The position numbers and the translations under genes are program-made. From NCBI GenBank assembly GCA_003164255.1, contig PLST01000180.1, positions 1,431 through 42,475 of the forward strand: DNA of 41,045 bases, written 5' to 3'. Positions 17,825-27,537 of this stretch are shown here, in pieces. Source of the stretch: Acidobacteriaceae bacterium. Lineage in GTDB: Bacteria > Acidobacteriota > Terriglobia > Terriglobales > Acidobacteriaceae. Positions within the stretch are counted from its first letter, which is position 1. Each line of letters opens with the position of its first letter. The notes under the pieces were generated by a model. The model saw only the letters and a list, made by a program, of their open reading frames with translations, had not been told where the DNA came from and ran no database searches.

Positions 17825-19171
17825 TTAGCAACGCACAATCTTCGGGGAATCGATGCCACGGGTGGCGTTGCGGGTATCGATCACAAGCTGCGCTTCGTTG
17901 ACGATGCGGGCGTATTCGTAACAGGAGTGGTCGGTGACAATGACCACGGCGTCGTATTGCTCAAGGTGTTCGAGCGGGACGCAGGTCATGTTGAGCTCGT
18001 ACTTGCGGCCGCGGCCCACGGTGGGGAAATAGGGGTCGTTGTAGGAGACGACCGCGCCGCGCTTGCGCAAGAGCTCGATGATGGTCAGCGAGGGGGACTC
18101 GCGGAGGTCGTCGATGTCGCGCTTGTAGGCCACGCCGAGGATCAGCATCTTCGAATCCTTGAACGCCTTTCCGCGTTCATTCAGCGCCGCGGCCACCTGC
18201 TCCAACACAAAGTAGGGCATGGCCGTGTTCACCTCGCCGGCCAGTTCGATAAAGCGCGTGCGGAAGTCGAATTCCCGCGCCTTCCACGAGAGATAGAAGG
18301 GATCGATGGGAATGCAGTGTCCGCCCAGCCCTGGCCCAGGATAAAAGGCCTGGAACCCGAAGGGCTTGGTTTTTGCCGCATCGATCACTTCGTGAATATC
18401 GATGCCCATGCGCAGGCACAACTGCTTCAACTCGTTGACGAGAGCAATGTTGACGCAGCGATAAATATTCTCAAGGAGCTTGCTCATCTCCGCGACCGAA
18501 GGGCCGCTGACCGGCACTACGCGGCGGAAGACCGCGCCGTACATGGCTGCGGCCAACTCCGCGCCGACCGCACTGCAACTACCCACCACTTTAGGAATAT
18601 CTCGCCGATCCGTGCTGTCGTTGCCGGGATCTTCGCGCTCCGGAGAAAACACCGCATGCACGCCTCGGGTTCCGTCGCCGCGGGCCACTTTCAGCCCGTG
18701 GGGGTTGCCGCTTTCGAGTAGCGGCACCATCACCTCTTCAGTCGTGCCGGGGTAGGTGGTGCTTTCGAGCACGATCAGTTGACCCTCGTGAATGTGCGGG
18801 GCGATGGCTTTGACCGTACCGATTACATAGCTCAGGTCGGGCTCGTGGTGCTCGTCGAGCGGGGTGGGCACGCAAATGATGACCGCATCCATCGCGGCGA
18901 TTTCTGCATAGTCCGCGGTGGCCCGAAATCCCGCCGCCTGCGCCTCCGCGATGGCTTCAGGCGAGATGCGCACGATGTACGACCGGCCGGCGTTCAGCGT
19001 AGCTACCTTGTCTGCAGCGATATCAAAACCCGTGACTCGAAAGTGCTCGCCGGAAAACAGCAGGGCAAGCGGCAAGCCGACATAGCCCATGCCGACAATG
19101 CCAAGGCGAGCCTCGCGCGTTTCCAGTTTGTGCTTGAGCACGGAGCCTGAATCCGAAATGACAGCCTTCAT
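17825..19171 (-). CDS. Nucleotide-sugar dehydrogenase (WbpA/WecC-like UDP-N-acetylhexosamine 6-dehydrogenase)
   Basis: GMGYVG; CVPTP; ESTTYPGTT; SPEREDPG; KLLENIYRCVNIALVNE; PGPGLGGHCIPIDP; DLRESP. Confidence 0.93.
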   Translation of the reverse strand: MKAVISDSGSVLKHKLETREARLGIVGMGYVGLPLALLFSGEHFRVTGFDIAADKVATLNAGRSYIVRISPEAIAEAQAAGFRATADYAEIAAMDAVIICVPTPLDEHHEPDLSYVIGTVKAIAPHIHEGQLIVLESTTYPGTTEEVMVPLLESGNPHGLKVARGDGTRGVHAVFSPEREDPGNDSTDRRDIPKVVGSCSAVGAELAAAMYGAVFRRVVPVSGPSVAEMSKLLENIYRCVNIALVNELKQLCLRMGIDIHEVIDAAKTKPFGFQAFYPGPGLGGHCIPIDPFYLSWKAREFDFRTRFIELAGEVNTAMPYFVLEQVAAALNERGKAFKDSKMLILGVAYKRDIDDLRESPSLTIIELLRKRGAVVSYNDPYFPTVGRGRKYELNMTCVPLEHLEQYDAVVIVTDHSCYEYARIVNEAQLVIDTRNATRGIDSPKIVRC

Positions 19172-19455
19172 GCTATCGGTTATACACCTTGACAGGGGAG
19201 TGTTCCCAGGCTTGCCTGCAGTCCAGGCATCCGGATGCGAGGCGTGGATTTCCCGAAGTGTAACTCCGTCCGATTATCGGTCACTACATCCGCCGGCTCT
19301 TGCCGACGCCTCGTTACGCGAGCTCTTGTGGCCCGGCGGCCGCATTTTGGACATCATCGGGGAAGTGCGGCTAGACATCAGGCCGGCTGGAACGGTGATG
19401 GCCTTATAAAGGGACCTACAGCAGGATCATCCCTGGCATTTCAAGGAGAAGTGAA

Positions 19456-19668
19456 ATGAAGGTTCTCCACGGGGGGTGGGGGCGCGGCCGAACTTTATGA
19501 AGGCTGCGCCTGTGTATCGAGCATTGGCAAAAGCGTCCACGAGCAAGCGCTCGTGCACACGGGCCAGCATTATGACGCTCTGATGTCGGACGTTTTTTTG
19601 AGGCGCTGGAGATTTCCGCTCCCGATGAGAGCCTAAACGTCGGTTCCGGCAGTAACGCGCAGCAGACG
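19456..19668 (+). pseudogene. wecB: Frameshifted, truncated UDP-N-acetylglucosamine 2-epimerase (non-hydrolysing)
   Basis: AAGGAG RBS and ATG 19456; reading across frameshifts gives MKVLH/VGARPNFMKAAPVYRAL/HEQALVHTGQHYDALMSDVF/EALEISAPDESLNVGSGSNAQQT, after which similarity stops. Confidence 0.9.
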
Positions 19669-19789
19669 AGGCCAGACAACTGGCGGCAAGTGGATTGCCC
19701 ATTTTGGATCTGAGCAGGCTCGAAAAGGATTCAGCCAGTTAGGACTTCTCTTTCGCAGGTTCCGGCCAGGTTCTAACGTCAGAGGATGT

Positions 19790-20860
19790 TTATCTCGAGG
19801 ACTCTGCGATAAGATTTTCGGAAACGGGAACAGGCGATCTCGCATGAATCAGCGCATCGACGGCCTGGTACATCTGCCAAGCCGTTGCCCAGTGGATCTC
19901 GATGCCCCTCTGGTCAGCTTCTTCGGCAAGCATGCTGAAAAGATTGGCGAGGCCCGTGTTCAGTAACTGGTCACGGCTTCTGTCCGCCGCGCCATGAGTA
20001 TGAAGCTTTAGAAAGAGATCTTCCCCGATGACCGGTGCAAGATCAAGCCACCGGCGTACTCGCGATGTTGTTGGCATGTCATTACCAGCAAGTTCGCCGG
20101 TCTCCACGCGCGGCATCAACCTACCGCCAAATCGCAGACCCACTGGCCCGGTGATCATCAATAAGTCGCCCTGCCTACCGCCGCCTGCAGTGGCAACAAC
20201 TCCTTGATCGAATGACTTCGGCCTGTTGTCGCGATTGTTCGTGCACCAATAGATCTGATTGACCACCCGCCCCTGGGTCGGCGATGGAATGGACGGCATG
20301 GTGAAATCCGCATAGCAGCCAAGATCGCGAAGCAAGGCGATCTCGCCGTTGAGGCCGCAGAATTTGCCGTCGGGGTGCGAGTTGTCCAGTGCCCAATTGC
20401 CATGGATAAAGCCAAAGAGGGTGCGGCCATCCCGATGGCGAAGCAAGCCGTGATCGTTCCTCAGGCGACGGCAGAAATCAGTGATCTTTTCGATAAAGGA
20501 ATCACGCTGCTCATCCTTGTGATGTAAATGCACCTCGACATCGCCAACTCCAAGGCGCACCATCTCTGCAATGCCATCGACAACACCACGGTCGTATTCC
20601 TCTTGCGGGTAGAAAAAAGTGTGCTGAGGGCATTGACCAGCTGCATCCCTGGGGGCGTTATCGGCAACTTTCGGCCATTTTTCCTGCCATTGGGCCACAC
20701 GTCGAAGCGCTCCTTCAACCGTTCCCTGCTTGCCAATCGGTTCGTAATGGTCGGTGATGGTAACCCAGGCCCGTCTTGGTTTTGCGGGCCGGAGGCTCTT
20801 CCGCACCTTATCCTTCAAATAAGGCAATAGCCATATTTCCGCATTGCGAGGGAGGCTCAT
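19790..20860 (-). CDS. Conserved hypothetical protein, possible polysaccharide deacetylase/glycoside hydrolase-like metalloenzyme
   Basis: 356 aa from ATG 20860; DHYEP, HTFFYP.EEY, EVHLHH, FIHGNWALDNS, GCYADFTMPS, KLHTHGA. Function inferred from the D/H pattern. Confidence 0.75.
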   Translation of the reverse strand: MSLPRNAEIWLLPYLKDKVRKSLRPAKPRRAWVTITDHYEPIGKQGTVEGALRRVAQWQEKWPKVADNAPRDAAGQCPQHTFFYPQEEYDRGVVDGIAEMVRLGVGDVEVHLHHKDEQRDSFIEKITDFCRRLRNDHGLLRHRDGRTLFGFIHGNWALDNSHPDGKFCGLNGEIALLRDLGCYADFTMPSIPSPTQGRVVNQIYWCTNNRDNRPKSFDQGVVATAGGGRQGDLLMITGPVGLRFGGRLMPRVETGELAGNDMPTTSRVRRWLDLAPVIGEDLFLKLHTHGAADRSRDQLLNTGLANLFSMLAEEADQRGIEIHWATAWQMYQAVDALIHARSPVPVSENLIAESSR

Positions 20861-21162
20861 TGAATTCGGCGGACCTTTGCGCGTCTTGGCCGCCCACGGT
20901 GCATGGACATCGCTCATAGCCGCTGATTCTGAGTATCGCGCACATCTATTTCGCCTGTCAAAAGCCGCTGAATTTCGCGCTGCCAATCGCCGTCCGAGAG
21001 GGAGGAACACTGTCAAACACCAGTTGAAACACCTTGAAAAACCTCCAATCCTACCGTTGTTCACTCAGCTTCTTTCTCCTCCTAATTGCTGTTTCCAGAG
21101 GATTAATCTCGGCTCTTAGGTTATTCTTATGCTGGCTAACACCTTCTGACTGATCGTTCGAT

Positions 21163-22557
21163 ATGGGATTTGCTCTCAGTGTTGTCTACGTATTCATTAA
21201 TTACCTCACGCCGGCCTATCTGTTCGGGTCGCTCGCGGATTTGCACATTGAAGTGATCATTGTTGCTCTTATCGTTATTGTCTCGTTGCCTGCCCTGATG
21301 AATTCTTTTCTCCTGAAGATTCCACAGTCTCTGGCAATGATTGGTTTGACGGTTGCGGTCTTTTTGTCAGTGCTTTTCGGGAGTCGTGGATTCGATGGGG
21401 CTGTCCAGGCGTTTTTGCTGTTTATCCCGAGCGGCGTTCCATTCTTCTTTGTATGCCTGCATTGCAATACGACGAGGAGATTTAAGATTCTGGTCCTCAC
21501 GATGCTCCTCGTTTGCTTGTTTGTGATTGCACGCGGCTCCTTCGATCTGTTACGCGGAATCCCCCAAAACACACTACAGCCTGAAGCGGATTCAGGAAAT
21601 CCGATCCCAACCAGTATGACTGGCAGCAAATATTTTCTTAAACAAGGAAATGGCGAGGGGGGCTGGGTTTACCGGTTACAGTGGCTCGGTGAGATCAACG
21701 ACCCCAACGACACAGGGCAGCTGATTGTCTGTGTCATGCCGTTGATCTTCATCTTCTGGCGTGAGAAGAAGACGATGACCAACATCTTCTTTGTAATTCT
21801 GCCAGTGTGTGCACTGCTGTTCGGAGCCTACCTAACTCACTCGCGTGGCTCGCTCCTTGCCTTGTCCGCGATAGTGATCGTTGCCGCCCGGCGCCGCATT
21901 GGAACGCTGCCGGCAGTGTTGTTGGTCAGCGCCCTGATTGCGGCGGCATTCGCGCTTCAATTTACTGGTGGACGAGAAATCTCCGCCAGCGCAGGTGAAG
22001 ATCGCACGGCCCTCTGGGGCGAGAGCCTGCAATTGCTAAAATCGCATCCGCTCCTGGGCGTAGGCTTTGCGCAATTGGGTGACCAAATGGGCCTTACTGC
22101 GCACAACTCGGTTGCGGTCTGCGCTGCGGAACTTGGCCTATTCGGCCTGTTCTTCTGGTCTCTCTTCCTTTTTCCGACAATGAGAAATGCGCTGGCGACC
22201 GCTTCGCCGGATGATGTCCATGACGGAGAACCGATCCCTGCTGATGAATCCAGATTTCCGCAAACAATCATGCCCATGGAAGAAATCGATAAGGCGGAGA
22301 TCAATCGCCTCGGACAGCTTATGTTTTTGTCGCTTACAGGATACTTGGTGGCAGGATGGTTTCTATCTCGCGCCTTTATCATGACGCTGTTTCTGCTTGG
22401 CGGTATGACTGAGGCCGTCTACGAGATGGCCCTGCGGCGAGGGATGATTGCTCCTCGCTTGCGGCACGAACGGGTGCTGTCCTATTCGGGCCTTTTAGCA
22501 GCCGCCTTAGTACTGATGCTGTACCTTACGGTCCGAGTCCTGCACCTATCGAGTTGA
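21163..22557 (+). CDS. O-antigen ligase/Wzy-like polysaccharide polymerase
   Basis: About 11-12 TM segments; DPND, THSRG, SA..R, HPLLGVG, TAHNS...AELGLFG. Confidence 0.85.
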   Translation: MGFALSVVYVFINYLTPAYLFGSLADLHIEVIIVALIVIVSLPALMNSFLLKIPQSLAMIGLTVAVFLSVLFGSRGFDGAVQAFLLFIPSGVPFFFVCLHCNTTRRFKILVLTMLLVCLFVIARGSFDLLRGIPQNTLQPEADSGNPIPTSMTGSKYFLKQGNGEGGWVYRLQWLGEINDPNDTGQLIVCVMPLIFIFWREKKTMTNIFFVILPVCALLFGAYLTHSRGSLLALSAIVIVAARRRIGTLPAVLLVSALIAAAFALQFTGGREISASAGEDRTALWGESLQLLKSHPLLGVGFAQLGDQMGLTAHNSVAVCAAELGLFGLFFWSLFLFPTMRNALATASPDDVHDGEPIPADESRFPQTIMPMEEIDKAEINRLGQLMFLSLTGYLVAGWFLSRAFIMTLFLLGGMTEAVYEMALRRGMIAPRLRHERVLSYSGLLAAALVLMLYLTVRVLHLSS

Positions 22558-22642
22558 TGCAAATCATCAAATCGCATCAGAGACAAGATTAAGGAACTGA
22601 AGATAAGGGGACCCTGTTGCAGGTGTTGATCAGGTAAGTCTG

Positions 22643-23737
22643 ATGAAGATTGCGCATGTCGTTGACAGTATGGAGATGGGCGGCGCTGAGACTCTTGTGT
22701 CGCAAATGTCCGGTCTGCAGCGGGAGGCCGGCCACAACCCCTGCGTCTACGCGATAGCGGATCTTGGCACGCTTGGCGAGAAGATGCGGGCTGAGGGCTT
22801 CAGCGTGCAGTCGAACGTGGGCAGGAAACTAACGGACTCGACCCGGAATTTTTACCATCTCTTTCGCAACTCGCGACCCGATGTAGTTCATCTGCACAAC
22901 CCAACTCCCACCATCTATGCTGCCGTGGCTGCCAGAACGGCTGGCGTCTGCAGCGTAATTTCAACACGCCACAGCCTCGTGGCACCGCCGCACAATATGA
23001 GAGCGGAGTTTAAGTATGCAATTGCGGCCCGCTTTTGTGATTGGATCACCGGAATCTGCGAAGCAACTACAGAGAATCTGAGGAACCTTAACAATGTACC
23101 TGCGCGAAAACTCGTGTGCGTTTACAATGGTGCGGCTCCGCTTCGGCGAGCTGTGAAAGGAGGATGGCCTTCAAAGGACGGTTTCACTCTGGTCTACGTG
23201 GGCCGCCTTGAGCCTGTAAAGAACCACACTTTGCTGCTTAAAGCGTTTCGAGACGCGCACACGTCAATGCCGCATCTCCGCCTATGGATGGTCGGCGATG
23301 GTAGTGAGCGGAAGGGGCTTGAGAAACTTACTACCGAATTGGCTATCGCCGGTCAGGTGACCTTTTGGGGACAACAACACGACGTAGCGCCGTTCCTCTC
23401 TGCGGCTGATGCGTTCATCATGTCTTCGAAGTCAGAGGGCTTGCCGATTTCGCTTCTGCAGGCCTTCTCACTGGGACTGCCGGCCATCGTCACGGATGTT
23501 GGCGGAATGGCAGAGGTCGTTAAGTTGGCAAAGGCCGGGATAACAGCATCCCTCACAGAACCCGCGGAGATGACGGCAGCAATACTGCGGATGGCGGCCA
23601 ACCATTTGGAACGCGAGCAGTTTGCGAGGAACGCAGAAGCAACCTTCAACTCACGCTTCAGCCTGCAATCGATGGTCAATTGTTACATGAAACTCTATGA
23701 GAATACTTCTCGGGCTCAACGCATGGCGAAAAAGTGA
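22643..23737 (+). CDS. Glycosyltransferase family 4
   Basis: MGGAE; VGRLEPVKNH; VGDG; SEGLPISLLQA...TDVGG. Confidence 0.9.
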   Translation: MKIAHVVDSMEMGGAETLVSQMSGLQREAGHNPCVYAIADLGTLGEKMRAEGFSVQSNVGRKLTDSTRNFYHLFRNSRPDVVHLHNPTPTIYAAVAARTAGVCSVISTRHSLVAPPHNMRAEFKYAIAARFCDWITGICEATTENLRNLNNVPARKLVCVYNGAAPLRRAVKGGWPSKDGFTLVYVGRLEPVKNHTLLLKAFRDAHTSMPHLRLWMVGDGSERKGLEKLTTELAIAGQVTFWGQQHDVAPFLSAADAFIMSSKSEGLPISLLQAFSLGLPAIVTDVGGMAEVVKLAKAGITASLTEPAEMTAAILRMAANHLEREQFARNAEATFNSRFSLQSMVNCYMKLYENTSRAQRMAKK

Positions 23738-23869
23738 AGCCGGTCCTCCGTCTTGAAGGATTCGCATTCTCCGCTTTGCGAGTCCGGTCCACGTTGACCT
23801 GGATCGCAACAACTCTGCGCGATCGGCTTTCTTCTCGATTTCGGAGGAGCGTTCGCACAGCACCCAGGA

Positions 23870-24901
23870 TCACTTATTACGCGCGCAGTCATAGGAGACG
23901 CGAATCGGCGTTCCTAAATCCACGACTTCAAAATCGGTCACTTTTAGGTCCCGCAAATCATGCGAGCCAAAATCGACGTCTGCGTACTTTGCGGTTGTAT
24001 CAAGGTCGCTCTGCGCAGTGAGCGCAATATTACCCCCGTCCGCTAGGTACATCCCGTATTTCTGCAAGGCGCGAGCGACCACTTGGGCCGCAGGTTTCAA
24101 TTGTGAAACATCATAGGACGCTTTCAATCGAAAATGAACGCCGTAAGGTGGAGCGGGAGGCGGAGACGTCGGACCGCCTGCGTGTGTGGCGGGGTGGACA
24201 TAAACATCTTCGCGCATGCGCGAGTTTGGAAGAATGAAGCGAATGGCGTGGTTAATTCTCCCTGAAGCGAGCTCGTCGGCGTTGAAGAGCAGGGGCGCGA
24301 TGGGAAATCCGGCGGCGTCGGCGCTGGTGCACTGCTCTCCACGTCCTGAAGGCGGATAGACGCGGTTGAGATCCCACACTGCCACGAAGCCTGCGAAGAG
24401 GGCGTTCTTTTCGTAATTTGCCTGGTAGGCCTCATACAGCTTTGCGTTGCTTCGGTCAACTACGATAAGGTGACAGTCATTTTGACTGACATCGCATTGA
24501 TAGTCATTCTGCCCTTCTATTCCCCCCCCAGCCGGCAGAGGAAAGACCTTAATCGCATCGGAGTCCGCGGCATAGAAATGATCACCTTTTCGAAATGGAA
24601 CGTACGGGGTGTTGACGTTCGCCTGCAAGACACGGATGTTAAAGTCAACCTGCAACCTTCCGAGTCCCCATCCGCCCGCATTCGCAAGCCAGCCAATGAT
24701 GGACGAGGACTGAGGATCGGCTGGCTCCTGGCTCACGTCATGTGTCCAAATGGAGCCGGGAGGGAAATAGGGCACAGGCGGTACGATGCCTTCCAGCTTC
24801 GCAGCCCTGACCTTGGCGATGTGGCCTTGTATTGCGGCCCCGGCCAGAATGGCGCTAATTCCCAACACGAAGGTGAAGAGGAAGTTCTTTTTGTGATACA
24901 T
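23870..24901 (-). CDS. Secreted or periplasmic hypothetical protein at the end of the EPS operon
   Basis: N-terminal signal/TM segment; motifs DCHLIVVD, TSADAAGFPI, HAIRF, PPYG..FRLKA, ALQKYGMYLADGG; 21 bp from the GT2 stop. Confidence 0.8.
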   Translation of the reverse strand: MYHKKNFLFTFVLGISAILAGAAIQGHIAKVRAAKLEGIVPPVPYFPPGSIWTHDVSQEPADPQSSSIIGWLANAGGWGLGRLQVDFNIRVLQANVNTPYVPFRKGDHFYAADSDAIKVFPLPAGGGIEGQNDYQCDVSQNDCHLIVVDRSNAKLYEAYQANYEKNALFAGFVAVWDLNRVYPPSGRGEQCTSADAAGFPIAPLLFNADELASGRINHAIRFILPNSRMREDVYVHPATHAGGPTSPPPAPPYGVHFRLKASYDVSQLKPAAQVVARALQKYGMYLADGGNIALTAQSDLDTTAKYADVDFGSHDLRDLKVTDFEVVDLGTPIRVSYDCARNK

Positions 24902-24922
24902 GGCAATCTAGTACTCCCTTGG

Positions 24923-26167
24923 TTAATGTGAATTAATACGGGAAGAGCACTCGCCCACTTCAATCACCGCGTGAGAATCGACGCTTTCCGGCTTCGCGAA
25001 ATCCTCTTCATCAATTGTCGAAACCGACGCTGAACTGTTCTTGTTCCAAATTTTCCAAAGTGGGCCACTCGTGAACAGAAACTTGTAGAGCCCTACAACG
25101 GCAGCTGCGTTTAGCACCAGCAGCGCGCTGCACGGTGCCAGAACGCGATGCAATACCGGAATCTCATAGCGAAGCCCTATGAGAGCGCCAATCAAACCCA
25201 ACGACTCAAGAGCCGCGAAGAATCCATAAGCCGGCGATTGACCTGTGAGCGCCGCGGAGGAAACCAGCAACAGAACCAGAAGGTAAGGCACAATGAGCCG
25301 GATCACCTTGTGCGAGACAAGCTGGAAGAATACTCGATTGCGCGGCGACAAGGTCCATGGCGCGAGTTGGAAGAGCTGAAAGTTACCCGCAAGCGTACGC
25401 ACCTTGCGGTGAAATTCGCCCGCCACTTTTTCCGGTAAAATGTCGTAAACGCAAGCCAGAGGATCGAGGACCGACCGATAACCCTGGCGGATAATCGAGA
25501 GAGGTTGAAACATGTCGTCCAGAATCAGTCCGTCTGGCTGCTGAACAAAGAGATTGCGACGAATTGCGTAGAGGCATCCAGAAACACCGACCGGAGAATC
25601 GAAAGCAGACTCGCATTTCCTGATCCATTTTTCATACCGCCAGTAGAGTCCGCTGACTGCCTCAGAGTTGGCCTCTGAACCCTCTCGGCGGAGAATCAGT
25701 TCACCGGCCGCGCAGCCGACTTCCGGGTCGGCGAAATTGCCAACTAGTTGCTGAATCGCGCCCGAAGCTGGTTCAGGACGAAGGTCCTGGAACACGATCA
25801 CGTCTGCGGTGGCTTCTCTGACACCTGCGTTGAGTGCTGCCGCTTTGCCGCAATGCTCCTTCAGAAAGATGGTCTTCAGAACAGACTGGTGTTGACGGGC
25901 CAGCAGTTCTTCGGTGCCGTCCGTTGAGCCATCTGACACAACAATAATCTCTTTAATATTTGAATAATCCAGGCGAAGGAGTCGTCGAATCTTGCCAGGA
26001 AGCAGCTTGATCCCGTTGTGCACGGCGAGCACAACGCTCACGCTAGGGTTGATCGGAGCGGTCTTCCAAGGGTTTGGTCGCAACCGCGACAAGATCCAAA
26101 TGACCGCAGGGTACGCCGCATAGCTGTAGAGAATGGCGATCAGAGAAAGCCAGAAGACCAGCTTCAC
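24923..26167 (-). CDS. Glycosyltransferase family 2 (CESA-like), membrane-bound
   Basis: VSDGSTDGT; GKAAALN; YWRYE; SGCLYAIRR; LDD; EFHRKVRT; N- and C-terminal TMs. Confidence 0.92.
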   Translation of the reverse strand: MKLVFWLSLIAILYSYAAYPAVIWILSRLRPNPWKTAPINPSVSVVLAVHNGIKLLPGKIRRLLRLDYSNIKEIIVVSDGSTDGTEELLARQHQSVLKTIFLKEHCGKAAALNAGVREATADVIVFQDLRPEPASGAIQQLVGNFADPEVGCAAGELILRREGSEANSEAVSGLYWRYEKWIRKCESAFDSPVGVSGCLYAIRRNLFVQQPDGLILDDMFQPLSIIRQGYRSVLDPLACVYDILPEKVAGEFHRKVRTLAGNFQLFQLAPWTLSPRNRVFFQLVSHKVIRLIVPYLLVLLLVSSAALTGQSPAYGFFAALESLGLIGALIGLRYEIPVLHRVLAPCSALLVLNAAAVVGLYKFLFTSGPLWKIWNKNSSASVSTIDEEDFAKPESVDSHAVIEVGECSSRINSH

Positions 26168-27537
26168 TGGGCACCTCTCCGCAGAATGATGGTCTTGATT
26201 GTCTCAAACATGATGAGCAGGTCGAGGCCTATCGACAGGTGCTTGACATAGTAGAGATCATACTCGAGCTTCTTTCTGGTTTCTTCCAGAGTTGCTCCGT
26301 ACTGATAGCGCACCTGGGCCCAGCCTGTGATTCCCGGGCGAATGATATGTCGCAGTTCATAGTAAGGGATTTCGCTACTGAGCCACTGCACGAACTCGGG
26401 GCGTTCCGGCCGGGGGCCGACAAATCCCATTTCCCCGCGAAGCACGTTCCAAAGTTGAGGAATCTCATCGAGACGAGTCTTCCTCATGAACCGGCCCAAC
26501 GAAGTTACGCGAGGATCATTTTTTGTGGCCCACACAGCTCCCTTGGCCTCAGCGTCCTGTCTCATTGTTCTGAACTTGAAAACGGTAAATGGACGACCGC
26601 GGAGCCCAACCCGGGTCTGCCGAAAGAAGATCGGACCCGGCGACGAGAGCAGCACAGCAACAACAAGAATGGGAATAATCGGCAGGCATAACACCAAACC
26701 AGCAAAAGAAACAAGAATTGAGACAAGTCGCCGGATAAATTGCTGCGATGCCTTCACATTAAAACCGTGCGTAAAAATGAGGGCGCTCGGATTGAGTCCG
26801 TCCAGAGGAAGCCTGCCAAGAAGCCTCTCCATAAGAAAATTGGCGTCCTCGATGATGACTCCGCGAAGGCGAAGGTCAAGGAGTTCGCGCACCGGCATCG
26901 CGCCGCGCCGATTCTCCATCGCAACGATCACGCGGTTAATGGCCGGTTCTTGCGTGCAGAAGCCGCGCAGATCAGCTTCAAAACGTTCGTAGTCGCCGCT
27001 GAACTCGCCTTGGCTCGCGCCGGCCACAACCTGCATTCCGGCATCGCGCCGTGCGCGAAGTGTCTCAATAACCGTTTGCGCCCGCCCGCCATTGCCCAAT
27101 ACGTAAACTCGTTCTCGAAATGCCGAAAGGCCGATGATCCACTCATAGGCCCGCCGCCATAGAACCAGCATAATCGCCAGGAAGCAAATTCCGATTGTCA
27201 GTACATGTGGGCCTATATAAATACTCGGATAGACAATGACAACGCCACCGAGGATGAAACAAAGAACGCTGAGAACCAGCAGCAGGCGAAAATAAATCTC
27301 CCATCCCCCCGAGATACGCTGCGGTTCGTAAAGGTCGAAGTAATAGGACAAAAGCAAAGTGAGGACGGTAAATCCAAGGATCTTTACGATCCCGTGCTCA
27401 TAAAACAATGCAATGTAAGTATCCAACCCTAGCAGATAGGTAGCTGCCAGCACAAAGGCTCCGCCTACGAGGAGCGCCTCGCATAGCAGCAGCACCAGCG
27501 TACGGGTTGGATAGTAGACATTGAAAAGCCTGATCAT
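26164..27537 (-). CDS. Priming polyprenyl glycosylphosphotransferase (XrtA/PEP-CTERM system type, TIGR03013-like)
   Basis: MIRLFNVYYP N-terminus; 4+1 TMs; KFRTM, DPRVT, RLDEIPQLWNVLRGEM.FVGPRPERP, PGITGWAQV, YDLYY. Confidence 0.93.
   Translation of the reverse strand: MIRLFNVYYPTRTLVLLLCEALLVGGAFVLAATYLLGLDTYIALFYEHGIVKILGFTVLTLLLSYYFDLYEPQRISGGWEIYFRLLLVLSVLCFILGGVVIVYPSIYIGPHVLTIGICFLAIMLVLWRRAYEWIIGLSAFRERVYVLGNGGRAQTVIETLRARRDAGMQVVAGASQGEFSGDYERFEADLRGFCTQEPAINRVIVAMENRRGAMPVRELLDLRLRGVIIEDANFLMERLLGRLPLDGLNPSALIFTHGFNVKASQQFIRRLVSILVSFAGLVLCLPIIPILVVAVLLSSPGPIFFRQTRVGLRGRPFTVFKFRTMRQDAEAKGAVWATKNDPRVTSLGRFMRKTRLDEIPQLWNVLRGEMGFVGPRPERPEFVQWLSSEIPYYELRHIIRPGITGWAQVRYQYGATLEETRKKLEYDLYYVKHLSIGLDLLIMFETIKTIILRRGAQ

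Noticed and set aside
19089-19409. 106-aa plus-strand ORF before the wecB remnant
   Set aside because: Overlaps the dehydrogenase start and resembles nothing I recognise; may be decayed coding DNA but cannot be supported.
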